Source: Deltaproteobacteria bacterium
Lineage (GTDB): Bacteria; Myxococcota_A; UBA9160; SMWR01
Length of the DNA stretch: 35,141 bases
Direction: 5' to 3'
Assembly: GCA_032128375.1 (NCBI GenBank)
Contig: JAQBGU010000152.1
Coordinates: 1 to 35,141 of the forward strand
The notes below the pieces were generated by a model. The model was given only the letters and a program-made list of their open reading frames with translations. It searched no databases and had not been told where the DNA came from. The translations under genes and the position numbers were made by a program. Below, piece by piece: positions 18,154-26,768 of the stretch (positions are counted from its first letter, which is position 1; every line of letters starts with the position of its first letter).

Positions 18154-18683
18154 CACTGGGTACCCCCGACCCGCTTTCGACGCAGCAATTCCATCTCCAC
18201 TTCCTCGTCGGCAACAACCAACTCGATCGCGGCGTCCGATCGCGGCTCCGGGCTGGCGAGCTGCGTGCGTACGCGAGCGCGCAGCCGCTCGAAGTCCGCC
18301 TCTTGGCTCTCCAGTTTTTCCCGGATTCGCACGCGTTCATCCGCAATCTCCTTGGACCGGGCGGACAGCACCGATAGCTCGCGCTGGAGTGGAATCAGCT
18401 TTCGGATCGAAAAGCGCGCCAGGTCGTCGCGGTCCTCGGTGAGCGCGAGTTGGGCATCCTGTTCGTTGCTGGCGAGCGCATCGCCGATCCGCTTCGCGGT
18501 CTCTGCGATCCGCCGTTCCTCCTCGGCGAGCGCTTCGCCGCGCGCGCGTTTGTGTTGGAGTTCCAGCTCAGCCTCACGCAGATGTTGTTTGAGCAACAAA
18601 GACCGGTCTTCCAGGGACTCCACCAACCCGTGTGCGTCCGCGGTAATGAGCCGGTTGATGCGGTGAATCAATCGAATGGCCAT
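18153..18683 (-). CDS. Short PspA/IM30 (bacterial ESCRT-III-like) family protein, 176 aa
   Basis: N-terminal amphipathic MAIRLIHRINRLITADAHGLVESLEDRSLLLKQHLRE; ALTEDRDDLAR hairpin motif; long coiled coil; C-terminal DEEVEMELLRRK. Confidence 0.85.
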   Translation of the reverse strand: MAIRLIHRINRLITADAHGLVESLEDRSLLLKQHLREAELELQHKRARGEALAEEERRIAETAKRIGDALASNEQDAQLALTEDRDDLARFSIRKLIPLQRELSVLSARSKEIADERVRIREKLESQEADFERLRARVRTQLASPEPRSDAAIELVVADEEVEMELLRRKRVGGTQ

Positions 18684-18750
18684 TGGGTATTCCTTATGCG
18701 CGACAGGGCGCGCTCTATTGGGGGGATCAAAATTTCGCTGGCCGCTTGTC

Positions 18751-20241
18751 TTACTTGCGACTCCCCTCGCGCCGCATCTCGTAGGATTGGCTGTGTAGGG
18801 ATTTGCTGAGCAAGTTCTGCTTTTTCTCTTGCTCTACGCCGGCAAAGGCTTCGCCGATCGACCTTTCGAGTAGGAGCGATGCGTCGAGCTGGGCCGCCAC
18901 CGGCGGAGATGCCGCCAGCCGATTGATCGCCTGGTTGCGGGTTCGAAACTGGCGCACGGCCTTCTCAGCGTCGGCCCTGCGACCGCTCTTCACGTGGGCT
19001 GCGACATCCTCGGCGAGGTCGTTGTACTCCTCGACGATCACAGCTTTCGCCCAACGGTCCACGTCCAGGCTCGCAAAGAAATCCTTCTGCTCCTCCACAC
19101 AGGCGATCTTCGGCAGCTCATCGAGGGTGAGCTGTTTTGCCGAACCATCCTCGGTGTAGGAGAGCTGAATCGATCCCAGTGGGGTCTGTTTCGCAGTGTC
19201 GGTCGGAACGCGGAAGGTCACCCACACGTGACGCTGCTGGTTGGAAAACAACGAGCCGGGTCGAAACTGCACGGTAGAACCGCTGCGCTCGAGCGGATAG
19301 CCCGAAGCCTCGATCACCGTCACGCCGGCTGCCGGTACGATGCGGACTTCGAGACCCGATGCCACGGTTTCGTTGGCGGTCTCGAATTCGTTCGAAAAGA
19401 TTTCGGCGAGGTTCTCGGTATCCGCCAGGTAGTAGTAGTTGCCGGTGCCTGCATCGGAGAGCAACGACATCAAGTCCTCATCGAAGTCGCTTCCGACTCC
19501 AACCGTAGACAGCGCGTACTCACCCTGGGCGGCGCGCAGCGCCTTGTCGCGCAATTCGCTGTGATGCTCGGCCGCGAGGCCGTCGGAGATCAGGATCGCG
19601 CGGGGCGCGCGACTGGCTGCTCGCTCGGCGTCGATCGCGTTGAACGCCATGTCGAGAGCGGGACCCATGAAGGTGCCACCAGCCGCGTCGATCGAACCGA
19701 TGGTCTGATGCCATGCCAGTACGGCCTGCGCAGTGGCGTGGGACAGTGGAATCGCGAGCTGCGAGCTGGCCGAGAACGTGACCAGCGAGAACCGGTCGTC
19801 CGGCCCGAGCTGCGAGATCAGCTGTCGCACGGCCGTGCGCGCATCGGCAATTTTTCGTCCGTCCATCGAGCCGGATCGATCCAGTACGACAACGAGGTCG
19901 GTGGGAAGTCGTGTGAGCTCCGAGCCGGCGCGCTGCGCCGCATGCATTACGAGTTCCATGCGGACCAGCCCATCACCGCCAAGCATGACTGCGGTGCGAT
20001 CGAGATTGCCGCGCAACGAAACGTTTTGCCCCTGGTCCGCTGCCTCGATCGTCACGCCGCCGCTGCTGCCTCGGCGCAGGTTGCCTTGGGTGGTGGTGGC
20101 GCCGAAAATCAACGTGGCGAGCAGCAGCAGGCTGGCAATCCACCAGGAGCGTTTGCGCGCGCGGTCTCGCACGGGGTTCGGGTTGTGGGACTCGTTGGGC
20201 TTGAATGAGTCGCTCGCGGTGTCTCGGTTCTGCGTCGTCAT
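18751..20241 (-). CDS. Membrane-anchored or exported vWA-domain protein (YfbK-like)
   Basis: N-terminal TM (WWIASLLLLATLIFGA); MIDAS VVLDRSGSM, GGTFM, ILISDG, STVGVGSDFDEDLM; helical C-terminus; GGAG RBS before ATG 20241. Confidence 0.9.
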   Translation of the reverse strand: MTTQNRDTASDSFKPNESHNPNPVRDRARKRSWWIASLLLLATLIFGATTTQGNLRRGSSGGVTIEAADQGQNVSLRGNLDRTAVMLGGDGLVRMELVMHAAQRAGSELTRLPTDLVVVLDRSGSMDGRKIADARTAVRQLISQLGPDDRFSLVTFSASSQLAIPLSHATAQAVLAWHQTIGSIDAAGGTFMGPALDMAFNAIDAERAASRAPRAILISDGLAAEHHSELRDKALRAAQGEYALSTVGVGSDFDEDLMSLLSDAGTGNYYYLADTENLAEIFSNEFETANETVASGLEVRIVPAAGVTVIEASGYPLERSGSTVQFRPGSLFSNQQRHVWVTFRVPTDTAKQTPLGSIQLSYTEDGSAKQLTLDELPKIACVEEQKDFFASLDVDRWAKAVIVEEYNDLAEDVAAHVKSGRRADAEKAVRQFRTRNQAINRLAASPPVAAQLDASLLLERSIGEAFAGVEQEKKQNLLSKSLHSQSYEMRREGSRK

Positions 20242-20344
20242 GATGATTCTCCGTGGGTTCGGGGCCAACTTCGGGCCACTCGAATCAAGTAGTTCATGAC
20301 GAGCGATGCTTCCTTCAATCTCCGGTAAAGCCTGCGCTGGGCCG

Positions 20345-20361
20345 CTTACAATTCCTTTACA
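20345..20361 (-). promoter_or_regulatory. Candidate OmpR/PhoB-family tandem binding site between the vWA operon and the response regulator
   Basis: Minus strand TGTAAAGGAATTGTAAG: two TGTAA half-sites 11 bp apart, AT-rich within GC-rich DNA. Confidence 0.55.
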
Positions 20362-20439
20362 GACGCTCTGCCGCGACCGAACTACACTGATATCAATGCT
20401 GTCCATTCCCGCCCAAGTCATGCGTCAGGAGGTGCGCTG

Positions 20440-21150
20440 ATGAGGCACGCTTCCGACAAGCTCGCAATCCTCGTTGTGGAGGATGAGGAAGCGATTCGCC
20501 GGGGCCTGTGTGACGTGTTGACGTATCACGGGTATGAACCCATGGGAGCAAACAACGGGGAAGACGGCTTGCGCGAAGCGCTGACCAACCGATTTGCGCT
20601 GGTGATTCTGGATCTGATGTTGCCGCGGATGAGCGGCCTCGACGTATGCGAAAAGCTGCGAGCGGCGCTGCCCGAGCAGGCGATCTTGCTGCTCACTGCG
20701 CGCGGCTCCGAAGACGATATCTTGTCCGGTTTCGAGAAGGGGGCCGACGACTACGTCAGCAAGCCCTTCTCGATCTCAGAGCTGATCGCGCGCGTCAGCG
20801 CACTGTTGCGGCGTTCCGGCCAGACACCGCGGTCCGAACAGGCGTGCTTCACATTCGGGCCCTGGCGCGTCGACGCATCCGCGCTGCGCGCCAGCTGCGG
20901 CGAGCGGTCGGTGGACCTGTCGCCGCGCGAAGTCGCGATCGTAGCGATGTTCGTTCGGGAAGAAGGTCGCATCGTCAGCCGCAGGATGCTGCTCCAAGAA
21001 ATTTGGGGTTTCGCGAATCCCGAAAGGATCGAAACGCGAACGGTCGACATGCAGATCGCAAAACTGCGCAAGAAAATCGACCGCCACGGGAGTTCGCCGA
21101 TCGAAACGGTACGCGGCGCGGGCTACCGCTACGCATGGGAACCGGTCTGA
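20440..21150 (+). CDS. OmpR/PhoB-family response regulator
   Basis: ILVVEDE, ILDLMLP (phospho-Asp), LLTARG, GADDYVSKPF; winged helix RTVDMQIAKLRKKI, ETVRGAGY; CAGGAGG RBS. Confidence 0.96.
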   Translation: MRHASDKLAILVVEDEEAIRRGLCDVLTYHGYEPMGANNGEDGLREALTNRFALVILDLMLPRMSGLDVCEKLRAALPEQAILLLTARGSEDDILSGFEKGADDYVSKPFSISELIARVSALLRRSGQTPRSEQACFTFGPWRVDASALRASCGERSVDLSPREVAIVAMFVREEGRIVSRRMLLQEIWGFANPERIETRTVDMQIAKLRKKIDRHGSSPIETVRGAGYRYAWEPV

Positions 21151-21156
21151 TCGGTT

Positions 21157-23175
21157 ATGAAGAAAATCCGTTTCGTATTCGTCGCGCTTGCGATCGGGTT
21201 GTGGGTCCCGATGCTGTTATTGGTGGAGGGCGCGCTGCAGAGTGTGTCGCTCGAACGCGAGGTGCGACACCAGACACTCGCCGAACGGGTGTTCGATGAG
21301 ATGCAGCGGCAACTCGGCGAAGTGAGCGAACGAGAGACGAGCCGATCGTTTGCGGAATACGGCTTCTACCTGGCAGACGCCGGCGAAGCGTCTCGCTCTC
21401 CGCTGTCCCGGCCGCCCAGTGAGAGCTACGTGGTCGGCTACTTCCAGATGGATCCCGATGGCGCTTTCTCGAGCCCTCGCGTCCCGAAGAATCCGGCTCG
21501 GGCGATCGAGCGCGGCGACTGGCCCGCTGCCGATCATCCCGAGAGGGAGCTAGAAGAACTGAAGCGCATCGTGCGCGCGGGGATCCGCTCGAAGCAGCAG
21601 TGGGTGGCGGAATCGACGGGGGAGCGAGTCGGGGCTGCCGAATCGGAATCGGTACCCGACCTCGCAATAGCGGACCTAGGGCCGGCGGCCCCGCAGGACG
21701 CGACGGTGGCCACCGAAACTGCGAAGATCGATTCTTATCAGAGCGCTGTGCGCAGCTTGAACCGCGCGGCGGACCGAAAGCTCCAACGCAAGCGCACCGA
21801 GTATGCGTTCGCGCCAGAAATCGCGGCCGAATCTGGCGCGCACTCTGTGAGGGAGCCTGGGCGCAACCGTTCTGCCGCGCCATTGTCCGAGCGGCCGAAC
21901 CTGTCGCGCCCGGTGGATCTGGATGATGCCATGGCGCAGCGTTTCGAACCGCCTGCGGAAAAACCCAGAGAGAAGCCCGCCGCGGTGACAAGCGCGAAGC
22001 AAACGGTTCGCCCAAGCTCGAAGATCGAAACAGGCACCGCTATTCGTCGAGGACAGCGGGCCGTCGAAGTCGATTCGATCGTGGGAAACTGGGTGCGTGA
22101 TGACGCGGATCGGGACTACATCGTGCTGCATCGAACGGCGACACTGGCCGGCCGCCTCTACCGACAAGGGTTGGTCATCGATGTCGGGCGCTTGGCCGGC
22201 TGGCTGCGCGACGACGTCCTGCGCGGAAAACCACTGGAGGATCGCGCGCAATTGGAACTGGTGTCGGCTGCTGCCGAGGCCAATTCAACGCGGTATCGGA
22301 TCGAATACTCGTATCGACACCGATTCGCTGACCCGTTCGACGACGTCTTGGCGACCCTTTCGCTGCCGGTGCTCGCCGATGCGGGTGGGTCCGACTACCT
22401 GTACGTGATTTCCGGATTGCTGATGATCGTCGGAACGGTGGGATTGTTTGCGCTGTATCGGATGGTGTATGTGACGGTTTCGTTCGCCGATCGACGCAAC
22501 AACTTCGTGGCCGCGGTCTCACACGAACTGAAGACGCCACTGACGGCGATTCGGATGTACGGCGAGATGCTCCGCGACGATATGGTGCCAACCGAGGCCA
22601 AGCGTCACGAGTACTACGCGACGATCACGGCCGAATCGGAGCGGCTGACACGCCTGATCAACAATGTGTTGGAGTTCTCGCGCATCGAGCAGGGAACCCG
22701 CGAGATGAGTTTGGTCGCGGCAGCGATCGGGCCGGTCATCGCCGAAGCCGCGGCGTTGCTCGAACCGCACGCGCGCGAACAGGGGTTCGCGATCGAAGTC
22801 GATGTCGCATCCGATCTGCCGGCGGTTCGCTTCGATCGCGATGCGCTGCTGCAGGTTGTCTTCAACCTGGTGGACAACGCACTCAAATACGCCCGCGGCG
22901 CGAACGACCGGGTCATCCGGCTGGATGCACGCCAGGTCGGTGACAGCGTGGTGCTATGGGTGCGTGATCGCGGCCCGGGCGTGCCTGCCGATCACCTGCC
23001 GAAAATATTCGAACCGTTCTACCGCGGCCAGAAGGAATCGACGCGCACGGCGAAGGGGACCGGCATCGGGCTCGCTCTCGTCAAGGGGCTGTGCGAGCGG
23101 ATGGGGGCGGCGGTGACCGGCCGCAACGGGAGCGAGGGTGGATTCGAAGTGGCCCTGACGTTTGCGCTGGCTTGA
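21157..23175 (+). CDS. Sensor histidine kinase with a large extracytoplasmic region
   Basis: Two TM segments; H-box VSHELKTPL, N-box NLVDNALKY, G1 DRGPGV, F IFEPFYR, G2 GTGIGL. Confidence 0.95.
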   Translation: MKKIRFVFVALAIGLWVPMLLLVEGALQSVSLEREVRHQTLAERVFDEMQRQLGEVSERETSRSFAEYGFYLADAGEASRSPLSRPPSESYVVGYFQMDPDGAFSSPRVPKNPARAIERGDWPAADHPERELEELKRIVRAGIRSKQQWVAESTGERVGAAESESVPDLAIADLGPAAPQDATVATETAKIDSYQSAVRSLNRAADRKLQRKRTEYAFAPEIAAESGAHSVREPGRNRSAAPLSERPNLSRPVDLDDAMAQRFEPPAEKPREKPAAVTSAKQTVRPSSKIETGTAIRRGQRAVEVDSIVGNWVRDDADRDYIVLHRTATLAGRLYRQGLVIDVGRLAGWLRDDVLRGKPLEDRAQLELVSAAAEANSTRYRIEYSYRHRFADPFDDVLATLSLPVLADAGGSDYLYVISGLLMIVGTVGLFALYRMVYVTVSFADRRNNFVAAVSHELKTPLTAIRMYGEMLRDDMVPTEAKRHEYYATITAESERLTRLINNVLEFSRIEQGTREMSLVAAAIGPVIAEAAALLEPHAREQGFAIEVDVASDLPAVRFDRDALLQVVFNLVDNALKYARGANDRVIRLDARQVGDSVVLWVRDRGPGVPADHLPKIFEPFYRGQKESTRTAKGTGIGLALVKGLCERMGAAVTGRNGSEGGFEVALTFALA

Positions 23176-23201
23176 GGCGCCCCGGATTGGAGGGTCGCCA
23201 C

Positions 23202-24335
23202 TCAGCGGGTGGGTACCTGTGGAGGTGCAGGCGGTAGCGGTGCGAACCAATTCATCAGAGGCTGAACCTCTCCCGCTGCGACCCAGCCCGCCATCCCCGC
23301 AGTCCACACCAGCGTGCTCGGGGTGAGCTGTCCAGTGGGGACTCCCTGGGTCATCTGCTCCAGGCTGAAGGGTCCGAGTGTCTGCCCGCCCTGTGCGAGG
23401 TACCAGCTGTCCGCGGGCGGCGGTGGCGGCGCGGCTGGTGTCGCTGCGGGGCCCCCGGCAGTTCCAGTCGGGCCCTGAGTCGTTCCGGGGATCATCGAGC
23501 CAGCGATTGCCATGCCCATTCCCAGCCCGACGCCCGCGCCGGCCAGCCCTCCGGCGGGGTTCGCAGCCGCAACCGGCATGGCCGTCCCGAGCTGAAAGGC
23601 CTGGTATCGACCCAGGTCTCCGACCGCTGCCATGCTCGATCGCACGTCGAGCGCCTGTTCGACCTCGGTCGGAACCGAGATGTTCACGATAAAGAGCTGC
23701 GGGATTTCGAGGCCGTACTCGTCGTCGATTAGCTCGACGACCAGCTTTCGAATCTGTTCTCCGAGCTCCGCGTAGTTGGAAGCGAGATCCAACACAGCGA
23801 TCTCGGACTTGGCGACGACGTCGGCAAACGCCGAGTTCACGATCGATCGCAACAGCTCGCTGATCTCGTCGGATTCGAATGAGCTGTCGGTGCCGACCAA
23901 CTCAGTCAGCAGGATTTTCGGGTCCTGTGCTCGCAACGTGTAGGTCCCGAATGCGCGCACCCGGATCGTTCCGAAGTCGGGGTCGCGCATCATGACCGGG
24001 TTCGGGGTGCCCCATTTGAGATTGGTGATCCGTCGGGTGTTGACGAAATAGATTTCTGCCTGGAAGGGGCTGTCGAAACCGTACTTCCAGCCCGCCAACC
24101 GGCTGAGCACCGGGAGATTCTTGGTTTCGAGTCGGTATTGGCCGGGCTCGAAGACATCGGCGACTTGGCCCTGGCGCACAAAGATCGCCTGCTGGCCCGG
24201 TCGCACGATCAGTTGTGCGCCATTCTTGATCTGGTTTCGGTGGCGCGGAAATCGCCAAACGAGCGTGTGCCGGTTGTCATCGATCCACTCGATGATATCG
24301 ATGAGTTCTGCGCGAAGTTGATCCATCAGTCCCAT
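23202..24335 (-). CDS. SPFH/band-7 protein (YdjI type) with C-terminal GYF_2 domain
   Basis: GWKYGFDSPFQAEIYF, KWGTPNP, RVRAFGTY; Gly-rich GAGVGLGMGMA; WYLAQGGQTLGPFS...LVWTAGMAGW. Confidence 0.9.
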   Translation of the reverse strand: MGLMDQLRAELIDIIEWIDDNRHTLVWRFPRHRNQIKNGAQLIVRPGQQAIFVRQGQVADVFEPGQYRLETKNLPVLSRLAGWKYGFDSPFQAEIYFVNTRRITNLKWGTPNPVMMRDPDFGTIRVRAFGTYTLRAQDPKILLTELVGTDSSFESDEISELLRSIVNSAFADVVAKSEIAVLDLASNYAELGEQIRKLVVELIDDEYGLEIPQLFIVNISVPTEVEQALDVRSSMAAVGDLGRYQAFQLGTAMPVAAANPAGGLAGAGVGLGMGMAIAGSMIPGTTQGPTGTAGGPAATPAAPPPPPADSWYLAQGGQTLGPFSLEQMTQGVPTGQLTPSTLVWTAGMAGWVAAGEVQPLMNWFAPLPPAPPQVPTR

Positions 24336-24415
24336 TGGGTTTCTCCCGTTAGCGCGTGCGTCGCACGATGGCGACAGCTTTCACATCGTTGCCCGGCCTT
24401 GGACCGGGCAGGCTC

Positions 24416-25309
24416 CTAGCGAAGAATGTCAGTCAACAAGCTCATCAGTGAACCGACGATCCCATCGCATTTTCTCGAGTCGAACGCGGAGTCGAATCGC
24501 CGCGCCGCATGCCGACCTTGAATTTCTCCGAACGCTTGGCTGGCATTCAGCTCGCGGTCGCGCTCGGCGTCTGACACGTTGTGGACCTCAGTGCCCTTTC
24601 CACCGCTGAGAATGAAACCCGCAATCTGCTCCAGTTCATCGGCGTCCAACCAGGTGCCGTGTTGCGGGCAGCTGTCGATGATGATGCCGGAACGTTTGCG
24701 GTAGTTGCGGCGTTGCATGTGGGCATCGCATTCCGGGCAGTTTCGGTATTGGACCCGTTGGCCGGCTGGGTTCGAGCCCGTCACGCGAGGCTTGTTGGCC
24801 AGGCGCTCCGCTTCGCTCGCGGTCTCGCGCGCCTCGATCGCGCGACTCACCAGCGTGTCGAACCCGGACCCCGAGACCCACAAGCCGTGACAACTCAGGC
24901 ATTCGTTCAGTCCGACGCCCGCGATTTCGCGCGGTGGCATCAGCGACGAACAGCTGGGGCAGGGCAGCTCGTGGCCATCGATCCGGACAGACTCAGGGCG
25001 GAACGCCACCCCGCACGCGGTACAGAATCGCGAATCGTCGGCCGAACGGCCGAAGCACTCCGGGCAAATCAGGCTGAGTTGATCGGGGTCACGAACGATG
25101 ACCGAACCGCAATAGTCGCAGCTGGTTGCGCCGGCAGAAACACTGGCTGCACACGATCCACAGCGCGAGATTGCCGCATCCAATGCCACCGGTGCGAGGG
25201 CGCTGGTGTCGATCATCTCTCCACAGCGACACGGAATGGTTTTCGCGCCGACGTGAGAAATATCGTATTGGGTGTGACAGTTCGAGCAAGCGACGAGTCG
25301 CACAGTCAC
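24416..25309 (-). CDS. Multi-zinc-ribbon protein (double zinc ribbon plus two zf-TFIIB-like modules)
   Basis: Ten Cys/His pairs: CSNC, CRC, CGSC, CDYC, CPEC, CTAC, CPSC, CLSC(HGLW), CPEC, CPQH(GTWLD); GGGAGG RBS before GTG. Confidence 0.85.
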   Translation of the reverse strand: MTVRLVACSNCHTQYDISHVGAKTIPCRCGEMIDTSALAPVALDAAISRCGSCAASVSAGATSCDYCGSVIVRDPDQLSLICPECFGRSADDSRFCTACGVAFRPESVRIDGHELPCPSCSSLMPPREIAGVGLNECLSCHGLWVSGSGFDTLVSRAIEARETASEAERLANKPRVTGSNPAGQRVQYRNCPECDAHMQRRNYRKRSGIIIDSCPQHGTWLDADELEQIAGFILSGGKGTEVHNVSDAERDRELNASQAFGEIQGRHAARRFDSAFDSRKCDGIVGSLMSLLTDILR

Positions 25310-25463
25310 AGTACCTCCCGGCGGGTAGCAGCGCCCACCTCAAGGGGAACATCGGGCTGCACGGGTCGCAACTTGACGGCTGCGCCGCTGACGTCGGAGC
25401 CGAGAAAGCGCAGCGCTTGTCAGCAGCTCCAGACGGCTACTGCGCATGGGTGGAAGGCTTCGC

Positions 25464-26768
25464 TCAGTCTTCCAATGCGGAAATCGTTCCGGTACTCGTG
25501 ACCAATTCAAACGTCGCGCGAATCCGAGTTCGGGTGGCTTCGAGCCTTTGCTCCAACGCCTCGCCGCTGGTACCCGGCTCGACCAGTTCGGCGAGCACAT
25601 CGAGATCGTTCGCATCCGTCTGTATCTCGTCGACTGCACGCCCGGCCGCCCAGCGTGCGCGCGATTCCACCAACCGCAGGAACCGGTAGTCCCCGAGCAG
25701 TTGGCCCAGTCTGGCACCCTGCGCGATTGTCTTCAGCATTGCCGGGACGCTCGGGATCGGCGGAAACGACAGGATGGGCTGTTCCAGCAAGCCGCCACTG
25801 GCCAAAAAATCCACATCCATCAACCCACCTCTGCCGGTCTTCAACGAAAAAGCGCTGCGCGAAACCACTGAGCGCTCTGTCTCGACCCGCTCGCGCAGTT
25901 CGACAATGTATTGCCAGGGATGGCATGCTCGGGTGAGCACCGGTCCGCGCACCCGATTCAGAAGCTGCTGCAAACTGTCCATTTCTCCCGCGATCCCGCG
26001 CGCGCGCAGCAGTGCCATGTGTTCCCAGATCTCGGCCTGCTTGCGCTGGTAGCGCTCGTAACTCGAATAGGATGAAACGAGGACCCCCTGGTTACCGGAG
26101 GGCCGCAGACGTGTGTCGACCGCGTAGGCGATCCCGGCGCCCGTCATTGTGCCCAGAAACGAAATGAGGCGCTGCGCGATGCGTGACGTGCCGGCACTGC
26201 CGCCTTCGTACAGGAATATCAAGTCGAGGTCCGAGTGATAGGTGAACTCTCGCCCGGCAATCTTCCCCATGCCGATGACGGCGAGATCCGATTCCGCTCG
26301 AATCCCGAGGCTGGCCAGGTGCAGCGCGCGGCGGGCGATGGTCTCTGCGAGTACGGAAAGGAAATAGGAAACCTCTTCGAAGCGAACGACCCCGCCGAGA
26401 TCCAGGCAGGCACACAGGCAGGTCTCCTCGTGTCGGAGTACGCGCAATGTGTCGAGATCGGCCTCCAGGTCCCCCGTCGAACATTCCGTCGGCGTCGTGT
26501 CGATTTCCTGGGCGCGAGCAGAAAGCGTGGCGCCGTTGGCGTCGGCGATGCGCTCGAGCAACTCGGGGCGCCGGCTCAAAAATCCCGCTGACTGCGGGTG
26601 GCTCGCGACCATTCGCGCGAGTCCGAACAGGCGTCGACCATCGATACGCTTGGCGGCGGCGTCGGCCGAGCGCCGCTCGATCAACGGAGCGGCCGCGCTG
26701 TCGAGTCGGTCCGCGAGAGCGGTCTGACCTATCGCATCGGCGAGCCGGTCGGACCACGACGAATTCAC
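25464..26768 (-). CDS. glnE: GlnE-like protein, second half (C-terminal, adenylyl-transferring-type nucleotidyltransferase domain)
   Basis: AVIGMGKIAGREFTYHSDLDLIFLY, YAVDTRLRPSG, WEHMALLRAR, LKTGRGGLMDVDF; GTG 26768 overlaps the upstream TGA, preceded by AAGGGGGA. Confidence 0.8.
   Translation of the reverse strand: MNSSWSDRLADAIGQTALADRLDSAAAPLIERRSADAAAKRIDGRRLFGLARMVASHPQSAGFLSRRPELLERIADANGATLSARAQEIDTTPTECSTGDLEADLDTLRVLRHEETCLCACLDLGGVVRFEEVSYFLSVLAETIARRALHLASLGIRAESDLAVIGMGKIAGREFTYHSDLDLIFLYEGGSAGTSRIAQRLISFLGTMTGAGIAYAVDTRLRPSGNQGVLVSSYSSYERYQRKQAEIWEHMALLRARGIAGEMDSLQQLLNRVRGPVLTRACHPWQYIVELRERVETERSVVSRSAFSLKTGRGGLMDVDFLASGGLLEQPILSFPPIPSVPAMLKTIAQGARLGQLLGDYRFLRLVESRARWAAGRAVDEIQTDANDLDVLAELVEPGTSGEALEQRLEATRTRIRATFELVTSTGTISALED

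Noticed and set aside
20242..20421. 60-aa N-terminal extension of the vWA ORF
   Set aside because: Would occupy the divergent promoter region; ATG 20241 has a GGAG RBS
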